From contig CAYQEU010000001.1 in NCBI GenBank assembly GCA_964416765.1, positions 65,675-129,674 on the forward strand: 64,000 nucleotides of DNA, given 5' to 3'. Positions within the stretch are counted from its first letter, which is position 1. Each line of letters starts with the position of its first letter. Positions 1-9,804 of the stretch are shown here, piece by piece. A model generated the notes under the pieces. That model was not told where the DNA came from. It searched no databases and saw only the letters and a list, made by a program, of their open reading frames with translations. Source of the DNA: an uncultured Candidatus Saccharibacteria bacterium (lineage in GTDB: Bacteria > Patescibacteriota > Doudnabacteria > UBA920). Both the position numbers and the translations under genes were made by a program.

Positions 1-750
1 ACCCTTACTTTCGAGGAGGCAGCCAAGGGAATAGAGAAAAGCATCACCCTGGAAAAGAAAGACAAATGTAAGACTTGTGAAGGCTCTGGGGCGGAACCAG
101 GAACGAAGGTCATAACTTGTCCCGTTTGCCATGGCCAGGGCCAGATCCGCACTACCCGCCGCACAATTTTTGGCAACATGGCTGCTTCAACTACCTGTGA
201 ACGCTGTGAAGGCGATGGAAAGATTCCGGAAAAACCGTGCCATACCTGTAACGGCCGCGGCGTCCTGCGCCAGCAAAAAACACTGCAGGTAAAAATTCCC
301 GCGGGCATCGACAATGGCCAGCGTATTCGTGTTTCGGGAGAAGGTGAAGTAGGTTATCGTGCCTCAAATCCCGGAGATTTATACCTGACCATCCGGGTAT
401 TACCAAGCAAAGAATTTACCCGTAACGGCCCTAATCTGCTCAAGGATATTCCGGTTAGTTTTGCCCAGGCTGCTCTGGGCGCCAAAGTCTCCGTTGACAC
501 GCTGGAAGGCAAGATTGAAGTTAAGGTTCCTGCCGGGACGCAGTCAGGCCATGTCCTGCGCGTTGCAGGCAAGGGCATTCCCATAGTAAATAGCTCCAAA
601 AAAGGGGACTTAATGCTGACAATTCGGGTAGTTACTCCGCACAAGCTGACCAAAAAGGAAACTGAACTGCTTAAGGAGCTTGCCGAGCTAAAAGGGGAGT
701 CTGTGGAAGTAGATGAGGGCTTCTGGGACTCACTAAAGAAAAATTTCTAG
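1..750 (+). CDS. dnaJ: Chaperone DnaJ, 5'-truncated by the window edge
   Basis: Frame is open from base 1. Four CxxCxGxG zinc-finger repeats (CKTCEGSG, CPVCHGQG, CERCEGDG, CHTCNGRG) and a DnaJ C-terminal domain (IPAGID, GDLYL, VPAGTQSG). Confidence 0.96.
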   Translation, partial: TLTFEEAAKGIEKSITLEKKDKCKTCEGSGAEPGTKVITCPVCHGQGQIRTTRRTIFGNMAASTTCERCEGDGKIPEKPCHTCNGRGVLRQQKTLQVKIPAGIDNGQRIRVSGEGEVGYRASNPGDLYLTIRVLPSKEFTRNGPNLLKDIPVSFAQAALGAKVSVDTLEGKIEVKVPAGTQSGHVLRVAGKGIPIVNSSKKGDLMLTIRVVTPHKLTKKETELLKELAELKGESVEVDEGFWDSLKKNF

Positions 751-810
751 CCGGCTTCAGGAAAGTGGTATAATAAAACATATCCGTTTAGCGTAACTTT
801 CCTGAAATAA

Positions 811-1359
811 ATGTCACAATTTGAACACCTGAAGTTCCTGTTGCATACTTTCAACTGGCACGGCGCCTCTTGGGACCTGTTTATTCTTTTGTTCTGGCTC
901 GTTGCCAGCACAATGTATGCATTTGCCGCCGGTCGGGGGAGAATCCTGAGCGTGTTGGTTAGTATTTACATGGCCAAACTTTTGGTGATTGAGGCCCCTT
1001 TCTTAAGCACCGAAGTTTCCAAACACCTCAACATCAGCTTGCTGTCCATGCAGCAGCTGATTACGTTCGCCATTATCTTCATTGTTCTGTTTATTTTTTT
1101 GGCCCGTTACGCGTTTAAGACCGCGGTGGACGGCCGCCAGCTAATCGCGATCCCATTCAGCTTGGCTTTTGCCGTACTGCAGATCGGGTTGCTAATTAAC
1201 ATAGTGCTCAGCATGTTGCCGCAGCAGGTTCAGGAAAACCTTAGCCCACTAATCCAGTTTGTGTTTATACAAAACCCAGCCAGTTTTGTCTGGCTGGTGT
1301 TACCGGTTCTGTTCTTAATTTTCCTCGGCAAGTTTATTTCTGAGCGGCACGAGATGTAG
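811..1359 (+). CDS. Hypothetical multi-pass membrane protein
   Basis: 182 aa with about 5 hydrophobic segments; TGgTATAAT upstream at ~765-773. Confidence 0.7.
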   Translation: MSQFEHLKFLLHTFNWHGASWDLFILLFWLVASTMYAFAAGRGRILSVLVSIYMAKLLVIEAPFLSTEVSKHLNISLLSMQQLITFAIIFIVLFIFLARYAFKTAVDGRQLIAIPFSLAFAVLQIGLLINIVLSMLPQQVQENLSPLIQFVFIQNPASFVWLVLPVLFLIFLGKFISERHEM

Positions 1360-2215
1360 CGGGGCCATGGGACCAGCGCGCGAATATACCAGTGGAAATC
1401 ATCCGCTGGTTTTTTTGTTGCAGGCATAATTCGCCAAATTCTACCTGGCCCTTGAGTTCGGTCCGGGCGGCCATGGAATCTTCGAGGAGATTGTTGAGTG
1501 CAATAGCCGAAGAATTGGTCGCGTAACCGTTGATGAGCAGGAATTTGGCATTGGGGGAGAGCAGCGATATGCAATTAGAGAGGAGTTCGGGTAAGTCCTT
1601 GTTGAACTTCCATGTCTTTCCCGTAGGGGAGTGGCCAAAAGCCGGAGGGTCCATGAGGATGCCGTCGTAGGATTTTCCGCGTTTGATTTCCCGCTGCACG
1701 AACTTGGCCGCATCATCAAGCATCCAGCGAATGGAATCCTGGGGCAGGCGGTTGAGGGTCTGGTTTTCTTTAGCCCAGGTTATGGCCGGCCGGCTGGCGT
1801 CAACATGGGTAACGGAGTGCCCGGCTTGGGCCAAAATAACTGAAGCCGCGCCGGTGTAACCAAACAGGTTCAGGATATTTAATTTTTTGGAACCGGCGGT
1901 TTGCTGAAGCATCCATTCCCAGTTGGCGGCTTGCTCGGCAAAAATGCCCGTGTGTTTAAATGGGGTTAGGCGGGCCTTAAGTTTCGTGACATTAAAATTA
2001 ACTACCCACGATGCCGGTAGTTTCTTGCTGGTTTTCCATTCGCCTGAAAAGCTGGCGTCAGCTTTTTCCCAATCAGCGGCAGGCAGGCCGCGCTCCCAGA
2101 TAATTTGGGGATCCGGCCGCGCGAGCCTGACATCACCCCATTGTTCCAGCCGATAGCCGTTGCCGGTATCCAAGAGGGAAAAATCCCATTTCGACTTAAA
2201 AGTTGCCAGGGTCAT
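1334..2215 (-). CDS. Class I SAM-dependent RNA methyltransferase (RlmI/RlmK/YwbD-like)
   Basis: LNLFGYTG SAM motif, HVDAS, ILMDPPAFG, HTGIFAEQ. Confidence 0.88.
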   Translation of the reverse strand: MTLATFKSKWDFSLLDTGNGYRLEQWGDVRLARPDPQIIWERGLPAADWEKADASFSGEWKTSKKLPASWVVNFNVTKLKARLTPFKHTGIFAEQAANWEWMLQQTAGSKKLNILNLFGYTGAASVILAQAGHSVTHVDASRPAITWAKENQTLNRLPQDSIRWMLDDAAKFVQREIKRGKSYDGILMDPPAFGHSPTGKTWKFNKDLPELLSNCISLLSPNAKFLLINGYATNSSAIALNNLLEDSMAARTELKGQVEFGELCLQQKNQRMISTGIFARWSHGPATSRAAQK

Positions 2216-2823
2216 TAGTAAATGTTGAGGATTGTCCCAACTTGGGCCCAGTTATATAGGGGCTCCATCTCTTTGTAAGAAACGTTGATGCAGCCATGGC
2301 TCATGGGCCGGCCAAAATTGTTATGCCAGTAAGCCCCGTGGATGTAATAGTTTCCCTCAGTACCTTTTAAAAACTTCAGGTTCCATTTAGTGTTCTTGTA
2401 ATCGTATCCCGGGCCTTTGTATTCCACGACCGGAAGTTTATCAAGGATAGTATAAGTCCCTTTGGGGGTTTCCTTGCCCTTAACCCCGCTGGAGATTTTA
2501 ATCTTTTTCATTTGGTAAGGCCCAACCGAGTAGCTGAGCGTTTGGGTTTTCAGTTCAACGTCGATGTGTTTTTGCAATTGGTCCGGTGACCACGAGTTGG
2601 GGTCAGTTTGCAGTTGAACTTCCATTCCGTCGCCCACGCCGTCGCCGTCCGTGTCGGGATTATGCGCGTCAGTTTGGAACAGGACTTCGTCATAATCAGC
2701 CAAGCCGTCGCCATCCGCGTCCGGAATGGGTTGGGTTTTGGCCATGGCTAAGCCTCCCGGGACCGCAAGTGTGAGCATGATAGCAATGGCGGCAAAAAGT
2801 TGTAATCGGTGGGAAATTTTCAT
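2215..2823 (-). CDS. Secreted L,D-transpeptidase (YkuD family) with Ca-binding DxDGDG (TSP3-like) repeats
   Basis: Signal peptide; DADGDG and DTDGDG repeats; catalytic IHGAYWH...SHGCIN motif. Confidence 0.9.
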   Translation of the reverse strand: MKISHRLQLFAAIAIMLTLAVPGGLAMAKTQPIPDADGDGLADYDEVLFQTDAHNPDTDGDGVGDGMEVQLQTDPNSWSPDQLQKHIDVELKTQTLSYSVGPYQMKKIKISSGVKGKETPKGTYTILDKLPVVEYKGPGYDYKNTKWNLKFLKGTEGNYYIHGAYWHNNFGRPMSHGCINVSYKEMEPLYNWAQVGTILNIY

Positions 2824-2867
2824 AATAGTAACGCTATTATACTATAAAACAATGGTATACTGAAACT

Positions 2868-5780
2868 ATGCCCGAGAAATACTCTCCTGAAATAAACGAT
2901 ATGCGCCGGGAGGCTTACAGTGAAGGTTCTCCCCTCCATGAAGCGCGAAAAAAAAGAGACGAAGAAAGAAAAGCCAGTACTAAAATTTCCAGCCGGTTAT
3001 TCGGCAGTGCCACCTCACATGTTGAGGCGGCCAACAGGGCGAGCGAAGAAGCACATCGATTGCATCTGGAAGCGAAGCAAAGGATTGACCTGGCCAAGGC
3101 CCGGTGGAAGGTGGACTTTGAATCTACTGGAAACGCCAAAACTGACCAGCATTTATTGCAATGGTATTTTGAACGGTTTCGGGGACGCTCCGAAGCTTAC
3201 CCGGTCGCAACCGATAGCTTTATCGGCAAGTCGCGGAATGAGTACAACGCCGCGTGGCTAAGTCGTGAGTTAGTGCAAAATTTTGTAGACCACAATCCGG
3301 ATCATCCCGGTACTTTAGACGGAGTAGAAGCAACTGAAGAAGATTTGGGTAATAATACTTCCCGCTTTACCATCCACGGTAACTGGTCATTTGAAGACCC
3401 AACCGGCATTATTAGCCCTCACTCCGACAAGCCGGAAGGCATGAATACCGCAGGTGGTAATGGCATTGGTTTAAAGCAAACGGCGATTCGGTTGATGCGC
3501 GATTTCGGCGCGAAGAAATTTGAAATACAAGGCGATGAATGGGTAGCCAACTATCAGTTGGTCAAGAAAGACCAGGTCAACAAGGAACTGCGTCAGGTTT
3601 TTGACTTAGTCGAGAAACCGCAAAACCGGCAGCTGCAGCACGATTGGCTGGTTGCCAAGCTAAAGGGATCAAAAGAAAATAATGGTAACGCTTATGTAAT
3701 TGAAACGGATAATGAAGAATTGATCCATGCTCTCCGCAAGTTTAACGAACTTGGTGTATCGGAAGGTAACCCGTACCTGAAAGATCCTGACTTTAAGAAT
3801 GAAGAAGGTTCGATAAAATGGATTCTGCCCAAAGACATTGCCGATAAGCCTGAAGGACGTTTGTTCATTAATGGGCAAGTCATGAATTATGACCATAAAG
3901 GAGACTCGTCAGACAGTTACTGGGTTGGCCCGAAGTATATGACCTTGCAGTTAAACAACGTGGATTATAAAATCAGTGTTGACCGCCCGCCGGTAAACAG
4001 TTTTGAACTTCAGCGCTACGCTGAAAAGTTGGTTAACTCCATGACTACTGAACAGCTGGTGGAACAGCTAAAGCTTTCGGAACCGATATGGACCACTACG
4101 GAGGACGAAAAGACGGGATCGCTGGGAGTTATATTGAAAATGGTAAGTACGCTGGGATATAGGAGTGACTACAAAGCGGAAGATTTTGGTTCCGTGTTCG
4201 GCAACAAGTACCTGGCCGCGGAGTACAGCATAACGGCATCACAGCGAAAGCAGCTTGAAGAGCGAGGTTTTATCTTATGCCCATCCCGATTCAGTTCCAT
4301 AGGCATGCCTAAGGCATCCAGTGAGTTGGGGGACTTTGAGGTAGCCACCAACCAGAAGCCTGATGCATGGCGGTCCAAGCGAACTTTGGAAAAAGAAGCC
4401 GAAGCAAACGGGGTGCCCGTAGCTTTTGAGCAAGTTAAAGCCAGCAGCGGAGCGCAATTATTTGGCTTAATTAAGGAGCGATTGGGACAGTTTAACCCAC
4501 AATTGCTATCCGAACCGGGAAGCAATAAAATGCGGATTCGTTTGGAAGGATCCATCCCGCCAAAACTTCTTTCCAGCATACTAGCCAACCCAACAACCGA
4601 AGAACAAAAAGCCCTATATTTCATTCGCGGGGTAGCCATGAAAGGCCTAACTGATCGTGCCCTGCAAAATATGTACATGTCCCAGGGGGAATACGTTACT
4701 ACTTTCGCGCTCGACCACGATATTGAAACCAAGGAAGATTCTTTATATGTCAGGAATACAAAGTCCGCGAGTCCTGAAGGATGGTTTATAGAATTCGAAG
4801 TGACCGAGAAGGACAGGGAAGCAGTTTTGTCAGCGTTCCAGGAAGCGCCGGAAGCTAAACCCGCAACGAACCCGCAGATCGGCATCGTACCGGCTAGGGG
4901 AGAAGTTCAGCCTACAGAAGCGCTAGCGAAACAACCAGCTACAGAGAACGAGAATACCGCTTTAGCCAAACCACGGCCGAAAGCTTACCCGACTAGAATA
5001 GTTGATATCGAGTTAACTCCCGAAGCCCGGGAAATTGCCGATAAATTGGAAAAGGAAATTCCCGAGTTGGCCGAGACCGTCGGAAAGCTAGAAAGCATTT
5101 TGCCCAAAGAGGAAGCAAACAGCGGCGTTGATTACCGCGTGGCGATGTACCAGGAGCTGCAACAATCGGGGGAAATTGACCGGGTGGCTTTGCGCAATTC
5201 CAATTACCTGGGGAGCAAAACCTTACTGGAAATTTTGGATGATTATAACAACGTAAACATATCCACGGTATCTGTTAACCGTGAAATTAGCGGCGCTGAA
5301 ACTAAGCTGACTTCCCTTAACCGCAGGATAGCGAATGTAGCCAACCGGTTCCGTCCATCGGAAGAAATGGTCAATAATGATTTTGAGATTGTCATGGATC
5401 CGGAAGAACGGCAATTAATCCAACTCGGCATGCTCCGCGCTTATGTCGCTTTCGTTACCGACGCGCAGTTCAACAACGATTTCCTGCTGTTCCGCGGGTC
5501 CGGCACCCGGGCCATTAACATCGACAAAAAGGCGATTGGCTTCCATGAAGAATTATTGAAGCAGGAATTTGGCAAAACTGTAATGTCCGCTTTGCATGAA
5601 GTGGCACACAACGAAGTTTCCAACCACGGCCCGCAGTTTATTTCCATGCTCCAAGCGTTAACGGCTCGCGCCCAGGAAAGACTGCTTGGCGTTATTGACA
5701 AGCAAAGCAGGGGAGAGCAGCTGGATGAAACAGAACAAATAATCCAGGCAATCTACCAAGAGTGGGAAAAAATGAGATAA
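2868..5780 (+). CDS. Large hypothetical protein: N-terminal GHKL-type ATPase and C-terminal HExxH metallopeptidase-like domain
   Basis: 970 aa. RELVQNFVD (N box), FEDPTG (G1-like), GGNGIGLK (G2), and C-terminal LHEVAHNEVSNHGPQF. Confidence 0.7.
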   Translation: MPEKYSPEINDMRREAYSEGSPLHEARKKRDEERKASTKISSRLFGSATSHVEAANRASEEAHRLHLEAKQRIDLAKARWKVDFESTGNAKTDQHLLQWYFERFRGRSEAYPVATDSFIGKSRNEYNAAWLSRELVQNFVDHNPDHPGTLDGVEATEEDLGNNTSRFTIHGNWSFEDPTGIISPHSDKPEGMNTAGGNGIGLKQTAIRLMRDFGAKKFEIQGDEWVANYQLVKKDQVNKELRQVFDLVEKPQNRQLQHDWLVAKLKGSKENNGNAYVIETDNEELIHALRKFNELGVSEGNPYLKDPDFKNEEGSIKWILPKDIADKPEGRLFINGQVMNYDHKGDSSDSYWVGPKYMTLQLNNVDYKISVDRPPVNSFELQRYAEKLVNSMTTEQLVEQLKLSEPIWTTTEDEKTGSLGVILKMVSTLGYRSDYKAEDFGSVFGNKYLAAEYSITASQRKQLEERGFILCPSRFSSIGMPKASSELGDFEVATNQKPDAWRSKRTLEKEAEANGVPVAFEQVKASSGAQLFGLIKERLGQFNPQLLSEPGSNKMRIRLEGSIPPKLLSSILANPTTEEQKALYFIRGVAMKGLTDRALQNMYMSQGEYVTTFALDHDIETKEDSLYVRNTKSASPEGWFIEFEVTEKDREAVLSAFQEAPEAKPATNPQIGIVPARGEVQPTEALAKQPATENENTALAKPRPKAYPTRIVDIELTPEAREIADKLEKEIPELAETVGKLESILPKEEANSGVDYRVAMYQELQQSGEIDRVALRNSNYLGSKTLLEILDDYNNVNISTVSVNREISGAETKLTSLNRRIANVANRFRPSEEMVNNDFEIVMDPEERQLIQLGMLRAYVAFVTDAQFNNDFLLFRGSGTRAINIDKKAIGFHEELLKQEFGKTVMSALHEVAHNEVSNHGPQFISMLQALTARAQERLLGVIDKQSRGEQLDETEQIIQAIYQEWEKMR

Positions 5781-5781
5781 C

Positions 5782-5807
5782 AAAAAAACGCCATCTGGCG
5801 TTTTTTT
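5782..5807. terminator. Bidirectional intrinsic terminator
   Basis: A7-CGCCA-TC-TGGCG-T7 directly after the 970-aa ORF stop. Confidence 0.8.
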
Positions 5808-5871
5808 CTGGTGGGTCGGCCCGCTTTCGCGCGCACTCCCACTAAAAATATCGCCAACGGCGATATTAAAA

Positions 5872-5947
5872 TGGTGGGTCGGGTGGGGTTCGAACCCACG
5901 ACAAATGGCTTAAAAGGCCACTGCTCTACCGACTGAGCTACCGACCC
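5872..5947 (-). tRNA. tRNA-Lys(TTT)
   Basis: Reverse complement GGGTCGGTAGCTCAGTCGGTAGAGCAGTGGCCTTTTAAGCCATTTGTCGTGGGTTCGAACCCCACCCGACCCACCA; cloverleaf, anticodon TTT, encoded CCA. Confidence 0.97.
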
Positions 5948-6059
5948 AGACGAATTACCGCCCATATTTGGCGGATAACTAGCGTATTTTAACGCATTTA
6001 GCGCTTTTTTTCAAGGGGCAAGGGGCCGCACTCTGGTATAATGAAGAAAACAATCCCTT

Positions 6060-7283
6060 ATGAAACAAATAGTAATCTGCGGCGCCGGGTTCGGTGGCCT
6101 AAACTGCGCTCTTAAATTGTCCGAGCTAATGCCGGACGCGAATATAACCTTGGTTGATGAGAGCCCCTACCACGTGCTCCACGCTTTTTTGTATGAAGTG
6201 GCCACGGGTGATGAAGAAACCGCGCCCATGATGGACATGGTCCGCAGCGTAGCCGTTCCTATCATCATGGCTATAAAAGGGAAGAACATTACTTTCAAGC
6301 AGGCACGGGTGGAAGCGGTGAATGCTCAAACAAAAACGGTGAAGCTAGACCACGGTAGCCTTAATTACGATTACCTAGTCATGGCGCTCGGCTCGACTTC
6401 GAACTATTATGGTATTCCGGGCGCTGAACAATACTCCTTGCCCTTCAAGACCTTACGGGACGCCCTGGCTATTCGCAACCGGGTGGAGTTCGCGGTGGAA
6501 GCGGCGCGTCTTTCCGGCAAGCGGGACAAGCTTCGCTTTGTTGTCGCTGGCGGCGGTTTTGCCGGTGTGGAATTGGCTGCTGAACTAAAAGGCCTTCTCG
6601 ATTTCCTTTCCTGGAAAAACAACTACCCCCGTCATATGATGGACATCATGATAGTCGAAGGCGCTCCAACAGTCATGCCCGGCATGCCGGAGCGAGTGAG
6701 CCGCGACACCTTTGACCGTCTTGAATCATTGAACATAAACCTTCAGCTCAAGTCACTAATTACAAATGTCACCGACACTTTTTTGGAATTGAACACCGGC
6801 GACAAGCTGCACTATGACTTGCTCGTTTGGACAGCTGGAGTACGGGCCATAACCGTACCCATGGAGCCGGAGATGGAGCTGGAAAAGGGAGGCCGCATCG
6901 CGACCAACGAATTTTTCCAGGCCAAGGCCGACAACAACATTTTCGTCATTGGCGACCAGTGCTGTTTCATTGGCAGTGACGGACGCCCTTTGCCGGGTAC
7001 CGCGACCCAGGCCACCGACCATGGCAAGTACGTGGCCCACGCTCTTGAGTCAATCCTTAACAACCGCAAACCGGAACCTTACGAGTGCAAAGATTTTGGC
7101 TATGCCATTGCCTTGGGAGGGAAGTGGGCAATTGGCATCGCGCCGGGAATGTACTGGAAAGGCTATATTACTAGTTATGTCATGAAAGTGGAGTGGTACC
7201 GCTACCTCAAACCGATTGTGGGGCGATGGAATGCCTTCAAACTGGTGTGGTTCCAGACTAAGCTTTATTCCCGAAATGACTAA
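6060..7283 (+). CDS. ndh: Type II NADH dehydrogenase-like FAD-dependent oxidoreductase
   Basis: GAGFGG FAD motif, YDYLVMALGS, second Rossmann motif GGGFAGVELAAEL, IFVIGD. Confidence 0.85.
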   Translation: MKQIVICGAGFGGLNCALKLSELMPDANITLVDESPYHVLHAFLYEVATGDEETAPMMDMVRSVAVPIIMAIKGKNITFKQARVEAVNAQTKTVKLDHGSLNYDYLVMALGSTSNYYGIPGAEQYSLPFKTLRDALAIRNRVEFAVEAARLSGKRDKLRFVVAGGGFAGVELAAELKGLLDFLSWKNNYPRHMMDIMIVEGAPTVMPGMPERVSRDTFDRLESLNINLQLKSLITNVTDTFLELNTGDKLHYDLLVWTAGVRAITVPMEPEMELEKGGRIATNEFFQAKADNNIFVIGDQCCFIGSDGRPLPGTATQATDHGKYVAHALESILNNRKPEPYECKDFGYAIALGGKWAIGIAPGMYWKGYITSYVMKVEWYRYLKPIVGRWNAFKLVWFQTKLYSRND

Positions 7284-7305
7284 AACAAAAAACCGCCAGG
7301 ATCAG

Positions 7306-9585
7306 TTAGGCGGTTTTCTTTTTGGTTGATTTGGCGCGGCTTGTCTTGGTTGCGCCTTTTTCACCTTTGGGTTTCGGCGGGTTTGCTTTCCAGGCTTTCC
7401 ACATTTCTTCCAATTCTTCCTGAGTTTCCGGTTTTTTATTCATGACCAGAGTACAGTCGGGGAAGCGGGTGCAGGCAAAGAATGGTTTGCCTCGTCCCCG
7501 GGACTTCTTTTCCACTATGTCACCGGGCTTGTCAGCGCGGTCTGGGGTAGCCAGGCATTCCGGGCACTTAAAGCCAGTCTTGTTCCAAATTTTTGATATG
7601 CCTTTGCACTTTGGATAATCAACACAGCCGAGGAAGAACCCGAACCGGCCGCGTTTTACTTCCATCTGCTTGCCGCAAACAGGGCAGAGCTCGCCTTTGG
7701 TTTTTTCAGTCAGTTCGGCAATCTTGGCGGCTTCTTCCGGCATCGGCAAAGTAACCTTGCTGCCTTCTTCAGGACACGCCAGGAACTTGCCCATGCGGCC
7801 AAACTTGATGAGCATCGGCTTACCGCAATGCGGGCAAGGCGTGTCGGAAATTTCCACCTGTTTTTCCACGGCGGCTTCCCGTTCAACTAAATGTTTTTTA
7901 AACGGCTTGTAAAATTCTTCAATGACCGGGACCCACTTTAGGGTACCTTCGGCGATTTGGTCGAACTCTTCTTCAATATGGGAAGTAAAGTTGATATCCA
8001 CGATTTCGGGGAAGTTTTCCACGAGCATGTCATTAACCAAAACTCCTTCCTCGCTTGGTTTGTATTTCTTCTCCTCTTTGGTAACGTAACCGCGTTCCTG
8101 GATAGTGGCCAGGGTTGGCGCGTACGTGGAAGGTCGGCCCACGCCGTGCGCTTCCAGAGCTTTAATCAAAGTTGCGTCAGAATATCGCGCCGGGGGTTCG
8201 GTAAAGTGCTGGAGGGGAGAGAGCTGGTGCAATTGCAAAACCTGCCCAACGGCCAATTCCGGCAAAGCGCCTTCCACTTCGTCCTCAGGGATTTCATCAC
8301 GGCCTTCAGTGTAAGCGCGGACAAAACCATCAAACTTAACCACTTGCCCATTGGCCCGGAAACCGTAATCGCCGGCTTCGATATCCACGGCAGTTTGGTC
8401 AAACACCGCCTGCGCCATTTGCGAGGCCACGGTGCGCTTCCAAATTAAGTCATAGACGCGGGCTTGGCTGCGCTCCAATTCTGACTTCAGGTCTTCCGGC
8501 AGCTTGGACAAGTCGCTGGGACGAATGGCTTCGTGCGCTTCCTGGGCTCCTTTGCTTTTGTTGGTGTAGTGGCGCGGTTCGCTTAACTGGTACTGCTTGC
8601 CGAACTGGCTGCCGATAACTTCCTGCGCCTGCTTCAAAGCGGATTCGGCCAGGTTCAGACTGTCGGTTCTCATGTAGGTAATGTAGCCGCGTTCATATAG
8701 CTGCTGGGCCACGACCATGGTTTGCTTGGCGCTAAACCCAAGCTTGCGCGCGGCCTCCTGCTGGAGGGTGGATGTAGTAAAAGGCGGGGATGGGTTTCGC
8801 TTGACTTCCTTGTGGGTTACATCAACTACTTTATAGCTCGCGCCTTCCATAGCGACAGTAATTTTCCTGGCAGCGGCTTCACTGTCAATGGCCATCTTGC
8901 CCACGGCCTTGCCGTGGTCTTTGTTCAACTTAGCGACAAATTTAACGGAGTCCTTTTCTTTGGAAAGTTCAGCTTCAATGGACCAGTATTCCTGGGCGAC
9001 GAACTTTTCGATTTCCCTCTCACGTTCAACAATCAAACGAACGGCCACGGACTGCACGCGGCCGGCGGACAGGCCATAACGGATCTTGCGCCATAGGAAA
9101 GGGGATAATTCATAGCCAACCAGGCGGTCGAGCACGCGGCGCGCCTGCTGGGCGTCTACCAGGCGTAAGTCGAGCCCGCGGGGGTTTTCCAGGGCTTTAT
9201 TGATCGCTGACTCGGTAATTTCATGGAAGACTATGCGCTTAACCCGGCTGTCGGCTTTGCCCTGCGCGATATCGGCTTCATCACCAAGCCCCAGGGCCTG
9301 AACCAGGTGCCACGAAATAGCCTCGCCTTCGCGGTCTTCATCAGTCGCCAATATAATAGAACCGGCCTTTTTGGCCGCTTCTTTTAATTTGGCAATCACT
9401 TCCTTGGCTTTCACGGGGATGGTGTAGTGCGGGGCAAACCCGTTGTCCACGTCAATGGACAGCTTGGATTTCGGCAAATCCCGGACATGGCCAAAAGACG
9501 CCTCTACTATATAATTGGCGCCCAGAAATTTGGAAATTGTCTTGGCCTTGGTAGGCGACTCTACTATTATTAAATCTTTAGCCAC
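7306..9585 (-). CDS. topA: DNA topoisomerase I
   Basis: IVESPTKAKTI Toprim, ATDEDREGEAI, SAGRVQS, ITYMRTDS (catalytic Tyr), C-terminal zinc ribbons; GTG start. Confidence 0.98.
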   Translation of the reverse strand: MAKDLIIVESPTKAKTISKFLGANYIVEASFGHVRDLPKSKLSIDVDNGFAPHYTIPVKAKEVIAKLKEAAKKAGSIILATDEDREGEAISWHLVQALGLGDEADIAQGKADSRVKRIVFHEITESAINKALENPRGLDLRLVDAQQARRVLDRLVGYELSPFLWRKIRYGLSAGRVQSVAVRLIVEREREIEKFVAQEYWSIEAELSKEKDSVKFVAKLNKDHGKAVGKMAIDSEAAARKITVAMEGASYKVVDVTHKEVKRNPSPPFTTSTLQQEAARKLGFSAKQTMVVAQQLYERGYITYMRTDSLNLAESALKQAQEVIGSQFGKQYQLSEPRHYTNKSKGAQEAHEAIRPSDLSKLPEDLKSELERSQARVYDLIWKRTVASQMAQAVFDQTAVDIEAGDYGFRANGQVVKFDGFVRAYTEGRDEIPEDEVEGALPELAVGQVLQLHQLSPLQHFTEPPARYSDATLIKALEAHGVGRPSTYAPTLATIQERGYVTKEEKKYKPSEEGVLVNDMLVENFPEIVDINFTSHIEEEFDQIAEGTLKWVPVIEEFYKPFKKHLVEREAAVEKQVEISDTPCPHCGKPMLIKFGRMGKFLACPEEGSKVTLPMPEEAAKIAELTEKTKGELCPVCGKQMEVKRGRFGFFLGCVDYPKCKGISKIWNKTGFKCPECLATPDRADKPGDIVEKKSRGRGKPFFACTRFPDCTLVMNKKPETQEELEEMWKAWKANPPKPKGEKGATKTSRAKSTKKKTA

Positions 9586-9652
9586 GTTAACAAATTTAAG
9601 TACAAACGGGATTTTACCCTGCCGTTCACGGTTCTGTCAAATTTAAAATTTT

Positions 9653-9793
9653 TTATGGCTGCTCCGTGCGCTGAAAATCCGGGTTGGAATACCGGCTTGG
9701 GCTGAGCGTCGGCTCATAGCGGAGTATCCCCAGCGTCACCGCGATAACGAACAGTGCGGCGAGGATGATATGCCAAATTTTAATGTCTTTCAT
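9653..9793 (-). CDS. Small single-TM protein (46 aa), not in the ORF track
   Basis: MKDIKIWHIILAALFVIAVTLGILRYEPTLSPSRYSNPDFQRTEQP*; starts 11 nt after the dprA stop on the same strand. Confidence 0.6.
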   Translation of the reverse strand: MKDIKIWHIILAALFVIAVTLGILRYEPTLSPSRYSNPDFQRTEQP

Positions 9794-9804
9794 GGGCTTA
9801 AATT

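Noticed and set aside
5809-5947. Prophage or integrative element at tRNA-Lys, tRNA-Gly or tRNA-Pro
   Set aside because: No integrase or phage genes, and no distant long att repeat was seen; only an 11-bp local repeat (reported as a finding).
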